A stretch of 64,000 nucleotides of DNA from Selaginella moellendorffii (taxonomy: Eukaryota; Plantae; Lycopodiophyta): the NCBI RefSeq assembly GCF_000143415.4, contig NW_003314378.1, positions 311,280-375,279 of the forward strand, written 5' to 3'. This document shows, piece by piece, positions 40,355 through 52,157 of this stretch; within the stretch, counting starts at the first letter, position 1, and the number at the start of each line of letters is the position of its first letter. Below the pieces are notes generated by a model, which searched no databases, was not told where the DNA came from, and saw only the letters and a program-made list of their open reading frames with translations. Made by a program: the position numbers and the translations under genes.

Positions 40355-41670
40355 TCACTGAGAGTAAAACAATGCTCTCCTCGGCTGCGCCTTACCGTGT
40401 ATCAGGCTTCCTCCAGGAGTTTCACAGAGTCAGCGGGAAAAGGCAGCACTGGCAGAGAGTGGCACAGGCAACAAAAGGTTTGAATAAGCTCTACATTTTT
40501 CCTCCCATTTCATTGCCACCATGGCCGCTGACTGCTGTAAAACTTCTAATGCTAGCTTTAGTATTGAACACAAGAAAGTGTAACATTAGCTTGCCATCCA
40601 GCAACTTTGCTGCTTCGTTTTCACCAAGATTGATAAAAGATAAAAACAACCATTTCCAAGCCTGAAGCCTCATGATAAATCCAGCTCAAGAAGAAAGTTT
40701 TTAACTTCCCAGGCTGTACATATTGAAAACTCTCCTCCATGGATCTAGCAAAGCGCAGCTAGATCGATTTTTAACAGCCGGAAGCTATAAGAGAAGCTGT
40801 CCCAAAGCTCCTGGGTTACCTTGTTGGCTCGCGTTTCTCTTTGTGTGGTGAATGGGAAACGCAAGCGCCTACATTGTTCTCTCGAAATACCTCTGGAGTA
40901 GTCTGGACAGAATGATTTTCTCCGAGAGCCCAGAGTGGCATCATGACGAGCTCAAGTAGTGATTTACAGCCACACCAATTATCACCACCAGTATCACCTT
41001 GATCACTTCGTTTCTCAGCCACTTGATGAGCTTTTGGTGCTTCTGCTTCCCAAGAGCGTATGGACAGATCAAATCCACGGTTTTGCATCCATGCTCGTCG
41101 ATGTGAAGAAATCCCTGCATGAATGGAACAGCAACATCAAGATCTCTTCCAAAACAATCAGCAATATCACAAACCTTGTCATACTGGATCGTCAATGTTG
41201 CAATAGAAACTCGCAGAGCAATCTCCACGGCAGCAGGAGCTTTGCGATCTTCCGCTGGTGTGACTCTCATCAGTCTGAACTCCACGTTTCGGGCATCCTG
41301 TAGGTGTGGCCATACAAACAAACATACCACGGAACCATCTGGAGGATCATAATGTCATACCTGGAAACAGTCCCGGGAGCATCTTTTGCCCGAAACGAAA
41401 TGACGATGGATCCCCTTGCATTCTCGCTGTCAGCCAAGGGCGAGCCCAAGACCAATCCACCGGAGCTCTCCAAGTTCAAACTCGCTGTGTGTGCCATAAA
41501 AGAGAGCCTGAAGACGACGCGAGCACCCGACTTGGAGCAGAACTGAGGCTAAAAACACGATTATCCACGAAGTTGGTGCCTGTTTCGACCAAATGCTTCG
41601 CCAAGCTCTCCTCCAGCTCCAAATGGACACTACTTGTAGTTGCAAGCGGGCACTTGCCTTCCAGCTTTGT
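40355..41670 (-). pseudogene. Deletion-riddled inverted copy of the PIG-T gene 3' half and its 3' flank
   Basis: NARGSIVISFRA, DIMILQMVPWY, PAEDRKAPAAVEIALRVS, GFLHIDEH and VAVNHYLSSS*. Reverse-complement match to ~42770-44372. Confidence 0.9.
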
Positions 41671-41685
41671 TTGAGACAAACATCC

Positions 41686-41755
41686 GGCTTGCCCTCGGCA
41701 GCAATCTGCACGAGGTTGAGGTGAATCCTTCAGCGCGACAACGTAGCTCGGCTTG
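41686..41755 (-). pseudogene. ANGUSTIFOLIA exon-1 fragment
   Basis: cttgccctcggc..aatctgcacgaggttgaggtg matches 39491-39523. Confidence 0.75.
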
Positions 41756-41789
41756 TGCACCTCGGTCAAATATTTATAATATCGAGAAA

Positions 41790-42030
41790 AGAATCGAACC
41801 AGAAACATATGGTTTGGGAGACTGAGGTCCTAACTGACTGGTCTAAGCTCTTTTAGTGAGCTGGCGAACCAGAATAATGGCTCCTTATTTAGTAAATTTT
41901 TTGCATAAAAGTCCTTGTTGAGTGGACCCTTCGGCATCGAACCCGGGTCTCGTACAACGGTTTACCTCTACACTTACCTGGTAGCCATCATCTCAGCAAC
42001 CGGGTTCCAATAAAAAATATCATACCATGT
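41790..42030. repeat. Triplicated module M, copy 2
   Basis: See copy 1. Confidence 0.9.
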
Positions 42031-42598
42031 AGTTAAACGGGTACCCGAGGAGATTATTCCCCGTCCCTGAGAGGCGCGAATCGGTGGTGATTCCATCCGA
42101 GCTGGCAGCGAGCGCCTCGAATGCGCCTCTTTTCTCCTGGTTCCAGTAATAAAATATCATACCATCTACTTGAACCAATATGACAATATGGGTGCATTCG
42201 AGGCCGGTGTTTCGTCTTTGGGAGAATCCCTTCCAGATTTTGGAGCTAGGAGGACAGGATCTACCGAGGGAACGATCTCGTGCTTGATTGCCATGGCCAC
42301 GCTCAATCACCTTGCCTCTTCCAGGATGCTTGATGCCAGGAACAAGAAGCGAGCGGCCGGATGAAAACTCTCGTGGAAGCCTGCCAAGGAGCTCCATCGC
42401 GATTCTAAATGAAGCGCGCGATGGCACTCGCGGGCTCCCAACAGGCTTGTGCCTACGGTCCTGTGGCTATACGTTTTCAGCGCTAATTCTCGACAGGGAG
42501 CTCCACGAGCTTGACTACTCACATTTTAGGGCTCTTGAGATTGAGATTATTCCAGTAATATTCTTACTGTACGGTAGAACTTGGAAGAACCCTAAAGT

Positions 42599-43814
42599 AT
42601 GGATCTTCCTTTTGCCCTTGCTTTTGTTCTTCTTCTGACCTNNNNNNNNNNNNNNNNNNNNNNNNNNNNNNNNNNNNNNNNNNNNNNNNNNNNNNNNNNN
42701 NNNNNNNNNNNNNNNNNNNNNNNNNNNNNNNNNNNNNNNNNCTTTTACTCGAGTATGAAGCTGGCACGCACAGCGAGCTTGATCTTGGAGTCACTTGGAG
42801 AGCCCCGGTGGATTGGTCTCCTGCTCGGGGTCGGTTCTACACAAGCCGGTACTTGGCTGGCAGCGGGAATGCAAGGGGATCCATCGTCATTTCTTTTCGG
42901 GCAAATGATGGTCCTTCTGGGGACTGTTACTCTCCAGGTATCGAGGCAGTCGAGTACGTCGACATTATGATCCTCCAGATGATACCGTGGTATGTTCGTT
43001 TGTATGGCCACACGCTACAGGTTTCGTTGGATGGCCGAAACGTGGAGTTTTGGTCCGTGGTTAGACTGATGAGATTCACACCAGCAGAAGATCGCAAAGC
43101 TCCTGCTGCTGTGGAGATTGCTCTGCGAGTTTCTATTGCAACCCAGGCCGTAACTCTGACGATCCAATATGACAAGGTTTGTGATATTGCTGGTTGTTTT
43201 GGAAGAGATCTTGATGTTTGCTGTTTCATTCATGCAGGGATTTCTTCACATCGACGAGCATCCTCCAGATGCAAACCGTGGATTTGATCTGCCTTCCGCA
43301 GTTATCACTTTCCCAAGGTGCCGTGTGTTCAAACAATTCCAAAGTGATGATGTCGGTCACTCGCACATTTTGGCTGTTGTTCAGGTAGTCGATTGTTTTG
43401 TTTTTCCAAGTCCGAGTTTTGTCTTTGCTCTCCTCTTACAGAGCCAGCGTCCAATGCAAATATATAGCGAAGTTTCATTGATGCAACTGGCCACACCGGA
43501 TTTCAGCATGCCGTACAACGTGATCACCCTGACGTGCACAGTTCTTGCGCTGTACTTTGGCTCGCTGTTAAACGCTCTGAGGCGAAGGATAGGCGAGGAA
43601 GAACGAGAAAGCAAAGGTACCTAGAGTTATCTCCCCATCCATTCCAAGCTCTCGTTCTTATGCCATTTGTTCTTGACAAGCAGAAGGGAAGAAGGCGGGG
43701 CTTCTGAGCCAAAAGCTCAAGTGGCTGAGAAACGAGAAGCACATGAGAGTGATCAAGGTGATACTGGTGGTGATAATTGGTGTGGCTGTAAATCACTACT
43801 TGAGCTCGTCATGA
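42599..43814 (+). CDS. GPI transamidase component PIG-T/GPI16; middle hidden by 100-N gap (42642-42741)
   Basis: Signal-peptide start MDLPFALAFVLLL. After the gap the exons are open: SRYLAGSGNARG, PWYVRLYGHTL, GFLHIDEHPPDANRGFDLPSAVI and TPDFSMPYNVITLTCTVLALYFGSLLN. Confidence 0.85.
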
Positions 43815-44819
43815 TGGCACTCTGGGCTCTCGGAGAAATCATTCTGTCCAGACTCCTCTGGAGGTATTTCGAGAGAACAAAAAAATGTGAAAACTGGCGC
43901 TTGCATTTTCCATACACCTGACAGAAAGAGAAAAGCGAGGAGCTTTGGGACAGCTTCTCTTGTAGCTTCCGGGCGATAAAAACTGCTCTTTGCTAGATCC
44001 ATGGAGGAAGATGTACAAGTTAAAAACTCTTTTCTTGGGTTGGATACTTATATCTGTATAGGGGTTTTCCTTAAGGAGTTTAGGATCAGGTGTCCGTTCT
44101 TGCCTTTGAAGGATCTGTGCTTGGCTGGTTTTATATCTTTTATGCATCTTGGCGAAAACGAAGCAGCAAAGTTGCTGGATTGCAAGCTAATGTTACACTT
44201 TCTTGTGTTTGATACTAAAGCTAACAATAAGGAGAAACTTTAAGCAAAAGAAGTATAAGTGGAGAACTTTTGTTCCACAGTAGTAGGGGCAACCATGGTG
44301 CTAATGAAAATCTTATGTTGCTCTTTTGCCTCTTGCAAGTGCTGAGAGGTGAGTATTGTTTTATTCTTAGTAGCTTCTGTTGTTCAAGTGCTGGTGTTTA
44401 AAGACTTATTAGAGTTCACTTTAGTTGTTTTAGTTCCTTCCATCTCTATACCACTTTAAAGTATTAAAATACAGTTTTTATTATTTGTTAGAAAAATGTT
44501 GTATTTTTTGTATGAATTAAGATAAGGGATAGCTTTTTATTTGTTATCTAATTATTAATTATTTTCTCAAAATTGTATAAAAAGACCTCATAATTCGTGG
44601 GAAAATAATAACCTAAATATTTTAATAATAATAGAGTTTCTAAATAATATTTTATATTTAATTTTAATTTGATAAAAAATATAATACAAGGATGACATGT
44701 ATAAGTCCAGTATCTAATGTTTATCTATACATTTCTTCAATAAACTCTTTTTCAATTAGAGTTATGCATAAAACATAAAAATAAAAAAAATCATAACCCA
44801 TATTATGAAACATTTGTAT

Positions 44820-46420
44820 TTCCCATGATAACATTTATGATATTTTTAGCATGTCTAGGTGGTTTTTCAACAGCATAGTGAAGAGTTACTATTAATCTTG
44901 ATAATAGTATAGCATAATATAAGTTTCCAAAGTTTAGTGAAATACAAATTCATAAAGTTTCACCAAAGAGTAAATTGTACAAACATCATTTTAATATTGA
45001 TGTTTCTACTTTTTTTCCAAATGTCATGCCATTGGAATATCATTGGAGCACCAAAATAAACTTTTATAAACTTTGAATTCAATATATTAAACTAATCAAT
45101 TTAGGATATAATTATTATACTTACAATTATCTAAAGAAAAAAGAAACTATACCTTTTATTTATTCTATAGTATACACAATAGAAAAAAATATTTTAACTT
45201 TTAATTTTTGAAATTCAAAATATATATAAATTTCTCTTTTAAAGTGAATATGGTAGCTACTCCTTGTTCTAAAATTTTAATTTCATTATAATCTATAATA
45301 AAATATTTTAAGTTTTAGTAAATATAAAAACTCTAGTTTAACAAATAAAAATTATATTTTTTATATAAAACATTAATCTCTTTGTAAAAAGGACATTTGT
45401 CAATTAAGCTACCCTTCTCAATATCATTTTTGTATAAGACAATTGCAATAACATCATTACAAGCAAGTAAATCAAACTAACTACCAAATTTCTAAATTGA
45501 AAAATATACAATAAACATGCCTTATTCATAATAGGTATTGATTTAGGCAAGTAGTAGATGCAACTTCTTGATTTAAATGAAAGTGCTTCCTCTAATTAAA
45601 TTAAGTTTACTCAATTTCTTAGTGCTTAAATTGTTATGTCACATTGAATGGTGAGCCATTAAATATATACTTACAAATTCCTAATTAAGTATATATATAT
45701 ATTGAGTTCTAGTATTCGTGAATTTGAAATTTTATGATGCTGATTTCTACATTGTACCATCAAAAGGTTTATTTATCCTATTTATATATCTAATATTTAA
45801 GGTATATATAAAAAAAATTTAATAAACTATTTCTTAATAGGAGATATGCATAATATAAAAATTAAAAACTAATTTTGAATGCTCATATTAATAAATGTTT
45901 GTATTGTTGTGATAACATTTATGACATTGTTAGTATATTTGAGTGGTTTTTCAACAGTAGAATGAAAAGTTATTACCAATATTTCTAATGTTATGACACA
46001 TTATATGTTTTCAGTGTTTTGCAAAACAAAATTTTATGAAATTTCACTAAAGAGTAAAGATTGATATTTTTACTGCTTTTTCTAAATGCCACACCATTGA
46101 AACTTCATTAGAGCACATAAATAAAATTTATAAACTCTAAATTTATTATATAAAACAAATAAATTTATGATATAATTGTTATGTTTACAATTTTCTAAAG
46201 CAAAAATAATTTATAAAATTTTAAAAAGATATATAAGTTTCTTTTGAAGTGAATATAATATTTAATCCTTGTTCTAACTTTTTAAATTAATTGTAATCTA
46301 ACATAAAAAATGAGTAAATATATAGAGTTTCTAGTTTAACAACTACAGCAAAGTCATTTGTCTTAGAAGATAATTGCAATAACATTGTTGTAGGCAACAA
46401 AGTCAAACTACTTGCCAAAT
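44820..46420. repeat. AT-rich degenerate direct repeat (~44820-45490 and ~45905-46420)
   Basis: Shared blocks gataacatttatga, gtggtttttcaacag, aaagtgaatat..tccttgttctaa, ctagtttaac and aattgcaataacat. Confidence 0.8.
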
Positions 46421-46670
46421 AGAAGAAATTTTTGCATAGGATAAATAAACCTCCTTAAATGGAATGATCTAAAAAGCAACAATTGAATTAAGCTATAAAA
46501 TCTCAAATTCACAAATACTAGGACTAACAACATATACTTGACTAAGACGTACACCATCTATAAGTATATATTTATTGACTCACCCTTCAATAGGACAATG
46601 TATTCAATAATTTTGAATGTCAAGAAATTGAGTAAATTTTGTTCAATTGGTAGACTTGCCTACACCAGTA
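45535..46670. repeat. Degenerate ~200-bp inverted repeats (45535-45750 / 46485-46670), possible TIR or foldback element
   Basis: ctagtattcgtgaatttgaaattttat vs ataaaatctcaaattcacaaatactag; tttactcaatttctt vs aagaaattgagtaaa; ggtgagccattaaatatatactta vs taagtatatatttattgactcacc. Confidence 0.65.
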
Positions 46671-47744
46671 CCCATTGTGGAGTCACCAATGCAAAATTCT
46701 ATGAGGCTAAAGGTGTTGGTTCTATTCTCATTGAGCTTAACAAATGGCACTATACGCATGTCCCAGAAATGCAAGAAAATTTGTTATCTATGAAAAGCCT
46801 TTTTTATACTACTCTTCAATTTCTGGAGATCAACACAGTATTACTTTTTATTTTGATGTGGTCAAGGTGATGCACAGTACCTATTTACAAGTTTGATGCT
46901 ATTTTAGTGCCTCTCCTTGTCAAAGAATCTAAGATGGCACTGGTTCTAGCATAAAAAATATGGAAGTAGAAATGTCGCATACACTTTGGGATTGCTTGCT
47001 GATCCTCTATCCCACCTCTTATTGGTTATGGACAAGATCAGGCTTTTTTCACATTAAAGCCTTCCTTTCTTAATAATGTTATGAAAGATCAGTAGTCCAG
47101 TGGTGCCATGCAAAAGAATATTTGTGATAGTTACTCATTTTATGCCCTAGATAACAATTGAAAGTTCGTGGCATTTGGTGCGGTGACAACTGGGACGCTT
47201 CCAGATAGAACAGAAAGTGGTAGTTCTGCACCATCAAGCTCCTGCTGCTCTCACTAGCAATAATCAAGAGGTACGAGAGATTTAGTTCTCCTGTGGCAGA
47301 TCAATGCACCATGGAAGTCTGGCTAGTAAATATCCTTGATGCGTCTCAAGAATCGGGGTGATTTTTGGGTGCTAAAATCGGGAGGAGTATCAAGCTCGGG
47401 CAGGACGGCAGTCTCTCCGAGAAAAAGCGGGCTTGTTTGATTCCCCCAAACCCACCAGGCACATGGAGAACTTCGTCCACTTGAGCTGCCTGAGGATGGA
47501 ATTGCCTGTTCGTGACAGGAATGGATGGTGAATGTGTGGCGTCGATGCTCCAAGCACAGCCCTGAACCTGGAAAGATCACACCGAAAGCTTACAAAGTCT
47601 ACTTCTCTGGAAGTTCATACCTCTCAACCTTGGTCCCTGAAAACGTATCCCGCCGCCAGGGCGCCAAACACAAGGTCAGCGTCGAGAAAGCTACACTGCG
47701 AGGAGGAGGAGGAGCGACAGGAGGAGCGCCTGCGATCGATCATG

Positions 47745-47920
47745 TCTTGTCAATGGAATCAGACGAGACAAGAGAATCAGCTGCCAGGGCTGGAGCCGCC
47801 GCTGCGCCGATAGGCCAGGAAATGGATTATCACAGCCGCCGCAGTCTCCAGCTTGCCCACGTCAATCTGCGCAAGGCTGAGGTGCTCCAGCGTCGCGATG
47901 CCAGAGCATCCGCATTGATG
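47745..47920 (-). pseudogene. ANGUSTIFOLIA exon-1 fragment
   Basis: Matches 39380-39561 (gagaatcagctgccagggctggagccgccgctgcgcc...) with small deletions. Confidence 0.85.
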
Positions 47921-47964
47921 ATCGACGATGATTCAGTATTTGGTATTTACAAATATCGGGAAGA

Positions 47965-48310
47965 GAATCGAACCCGAAACGTTTGTTTTGGGAGACCGAT
48001 GTCCTAAATGACTGGTCTAAGCTGTTTTTGTGAGCCGGCGAACCAGAATAATGGCTCCTTATTTAGCAAAATTTTTGCATAAAAGTCCTTGTTGAGTGGA
48101 CCCTTCGGCATCGAACCCGGGTCTTCTACAACGGTTTACCTCTACACTTACCTGATAGCCATCATCTCGGCAACCGGGTTCCCGTAATAAAAAAATCATA
48201 CCATGTACTTGAACCATATGACAGGGGTCTTTGCGAAATCCATGGCGTTTTTGTTAGATCGCCCACCAGACGAGATTATCCCCCGCATTCGTGCTGCTCG
48301 GCGTTTCGTC
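47965..48310. repeat. Triplicated module M, copy 3
   Basis: See copy 1. Confidence 0.92.
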
Positions 48311-48359
48311 CTTGGCAAAGCCCCCTCTTGGGTTGTGAATCGATCATCGTGGTAATAGA

Positions 48360-49590
48360 TCGTCAAGAGTTATGGCCTGGGTTGCAATAGAAACTCGCTG
48401 AGAAATCTCCACAGCCGCAGGAGCTTTGCGATCTTCTGCTGGTGTGAATCTCATCAGTCCCAAAACTCCACGTTTTGGCAATCCAACGAAACCTGTAGCG
48501 TGTGGCCATTCAAACGAACATACCTCGGTATCATCCTCGGCTGCCTCGATGCCTGGAGAGTAACAGTCCCGGGAAGAACCATCATTTGCCCGAAACGAAA
48601 TCACGATGGATCCCCTTGCATTCCCGCTGCCAGCCAAGTACCAGCTTGTGTAGAACTGAGCCCGAGCCGGAGACCAATCCACCGGGGCTGTCCAAGTGAT
48701 GCCGAGATCAAGCTCGCTGTGTGTGCCAGCAAAAGAGAGCCTGAGGAGGACGCGAGCACCCGACTTGGAGCAGGGCTGAGACTGAAAACACGACTGTCCA
48801 TGAAGTTGATGCCTGTTTCTTCGCTGAGATCTCCAGCCAAGTGCTTCGCCAAGCTCTCCTCCAGCTCCAGATAGACACTACTTGTAGTTGCAAGCGGGCA
48901 CTTGCCTACCAGCTTTGAGCCAAACATGCTGGAGAGTGTCCAGTCTTGCAGCTTTCGGAAAACAACCTGCTCCAATGTCATGCCTTCTTCGTCCCGATCG
49001 AAGTCACCGGAAGTGATAAGCAGCCTCTGGGAATGGTACATACCACTGTAAATCGTCTGCCTGTCCAGGAGCGTCGTGAGCCCAGCCTTGTCTCTACATG
49101 GGAGAAGCGTGAGCCATGGCGTGAGCCGTGGCGTTCTACAGAGTGCTTCTCTCGGGAGTGCTCGCTCTTGCTCCATTTCTTTCCTTTCACCACCCTCTTC
49201 ATGCCAGGAGCGTCGAAAGCTCCTCCTCCTCCTGTCCGGTTTGCCTCGGGCCTCGACGAGAACCACGGCCCCAAGAACGTAGTTGGCAATTCGAGGAAGT
49301 TGATCGATGCGCAAAAGAGGCCCGAGAGAGCAGCTCGCCGCCAAGCCAGTGGGAGTGGAGCTCACGGCATTTCCAGAGGTGGACGTCGACGTCCAGCCAA
49401 CGACGTGGGCTGCGCGATCGGATCGCCCACGCCCCAGCGCTCGTTGTTCCATCGCCCTTGCCATTTCTTTGATTCGAAACTTCCGGACCTGTTCCAAGCG
49501 ATTCTTTCATCATCGTTTCGGGATTTGAGGACTTACGAGCTGGAAGATCGACAAAAGAAAGGGCAAAAGGAGGATAGGGTTCGATTTTAC
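48360..49590 (-). pseudogene. Second decayed PIG-T copy (5' and central parts)
   Basis: LPREALC..LTPWLTLLPCRDKAGL..LLDR..IYSGMYHSQRL, WTLSSMFG, KCPLATTSSVYLE and GSGNARGSIVISFRAND. The 5' end matches the start region at ~42588-42640. Confidence 0.88.
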
Positions 49591-51099
49591 CTCTCAAAAG
49601 CCTCGACCACTGAGAAACGTACTTGGAGTAAGAGTTCGCACCCTTGGAGGCATGAAGGGCAATGAGATCACTCTTCTGAAGGCCATGGGTGTTTGCACTG
49701 TGCTGGGAGATTCTCTCCAAGGGCAAGTAAATCTGTGCTTGAATTCTTTCTAGTAGTTGAGTTTATATGTATGGAAAGTGTGGGCTCATTGAGATGCATT
49801 TGATTGAGCAGGATGAAACACGATGATCAGTGTGTACGTGTTGCATGAGTGTGGTAAGCAAGCAATCCACCTCTATGCATACTTATGTCTAGAAGGGACA
49901 AAATGGGTTGATGTTTTGCCAGGTAGCAATTTTGTCTCTACCCAGGTTGTTCTTATTAGCATGTATATTGAGTGCAATAGTCTTGAAGTTCAAGTATCTT
50001 TTAGTGGAGTTTTGAGCCTTGGACAATTGTCATTTAGCACATATAGTTGGCATGGAAAGTTGCAATATACATTTGTGATAGAGCAAAATGCACTAGGAAG
50101 GCTTGAGATAAAAAAAATGTGATGAATGATGGGATAAAGTGAAAGTGATAGATCCAGAAAACAATTGAGAACTCACCAAGAAATCGTAAAAGCTCATATA
50201 TGAAAAAAGTTGATGCAACCTTGTGGCTGAAATCCAAGCTGGAACCCATGCACCAAGGTAGTAAAACCTGAAGACAAAAGAGAAGAGGTGAAAGAAAATG
50301 GAGAAAAAAAAAAAAGAAAAAAGAAGTCATTACATTAATGCTTTGAGGTGGCAATGATTGTGAGCATGTGGAAGCTCATGGCCAATTTTATTGGCGAGCA
50401 CATATGAACCACCCTCCACTTAGCACTAGATGAAGTAGAGGCTAAGCCACTGTGAAGAAAATTTGGAGGATGAAGTGAACTTTTTGAGAAGAACAAGTTG
50501 TTCAGGAGAAAAGATGATTAAACTAGGAACTTTGGAGTCAATGTCTGCCTTGGTTTGCTCAATTGAAGCCCTACATTGCTCATCAAGGGCAAGGATCTTC
50601 ATGTCACGAGCATGAAGCTTGTCCATGTTGGAAAGTTGGAAGTTTGTAGTATGGCGCAAAGATAGCGCAAGCAATAATACTTGGAAATCTATGAAAGTAC
50701 AAGTAGTCTAATCAAATAAAGAGGCTAGGCTACTCTCACTCATAATCATTGTTCCCACTTCAAAGGTCACGGACACCATAGAATGCACGTGCTTTATTGG
50801 AGTACCATGATGAAGGCTCTAAGATTAAGCTGCAATTGAGAGGAGATCCTCCACATAAGGTCCACACTTGAAAAGAAATGATGTCATCAGAAGAGCCTCC
50901 ACTAGGAAGATTGGCAACTCTTGAAGTTGGCCATCACTCTGATCAAACTAAGTGTTTGCTATGATAAGTGGGAAAGCCTGTGTAAATAGTATTGCACTGG
51001 AACATGTTGAACTCAGGCTGTCATGGATCTTCGATCAACTCAAGAAAGATAACAATCAGCGAGTGGGGAAAGGGTGTCGAGGAAGATAATATTGGCTTG

Positions 51100-52157
51100 A
51101 AGGATATTGATTGGCTTTGAGATAGTCCTAGAGGCTATTCTTGAAGCTTTCCCAACAAAGAGTGTCCACAAGCATTATAGAAACAAGAAGTTCAGTGATT
51201 GTCGCTAATCTCTATTATGCCGAGTGACCAATTTGTAATGCCTCAAACCTAATCATGCCAAACTTGTCCAATGATGAGGGAGTCCTTCAAAGGTGTGGAG
51301 CTGAACTTTTGGTAGTTTACCACCACAAAGTTCAAAAAAGATTCCACCCCATTAATGTAAACTCGAACACTACATCAAATGCCCGTGGGGATAACAATGT
51401 AGTTTGCAAACATCTTTAGGATCAGAGTTGTGCTTCTAGAGACTCGAAAACCTGCTCTTGTGGCTGAAGAGATCACATTTCTCCCAAATCCAAAATTGAC
51501 AAAAGCATTGATGATGGGAGAACTATCGCCAAAGCCTATAGGTGCAAAAATTGCATCTAGATTAGAAGAGGAGGCTGTGTCAATGATGTGCACATCCAAT
51601 AGGAAAGAGGCTATGGCTTTAGTAGACCTTGTAAAGTCCTTTAGATGCTATCTAAAGCTAGGAATCATACATAAAAGCTCACACCACAAAAAGGTGACAA
51701 ATGTTTCCATCAATTGTTGAAGTGCACACTCCAAGTCCCTACCAAAGGAAGGTGCAAGATATCTGGGAAGGAGAGGCGTGAATGGGAGTTTGCATGCCAC
51801 CTTTAGTGTTGGATTAGTGATTGCTGAAGGAGCTGGATCGCCATCAATTTTCTCTTGATCAGTTGTTTTCTTCTTTTGTGCTCATGTGGCTATTGTCTTT
51901 GCAAACTCTTCCTTGGGATCTTGATTGCATTGACTTGTCCCATTAGAGATTTTCCTTTGTTGGAAGATGACGAAGGTACATCCTCGATTGCATGCTGCTC
52001 AAGCTGTTGTTAGTAGCAATCCTTTGCTTGTGTTATAGTGCTATTATCAGTGAATGGTTGCTCTTGGAGACATTGAAAACATGGTGGTCACAGCTCTAGA
52101 TAAAGCTTCCAACACCTCTCTATGCTGTGAGTTGTGATGTTGCAATGGGAGCAATAC
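51100..52157 (-). mobile_element. Degenerate Ty3/Gypsy-like gag-protease remnant
   Basis: INAFVNFGFGRNVIS..LKMFANY..PTG resembles a decayed retropepsin (A.VDxG...NVIS). Many stops. Confidence 0.5.
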
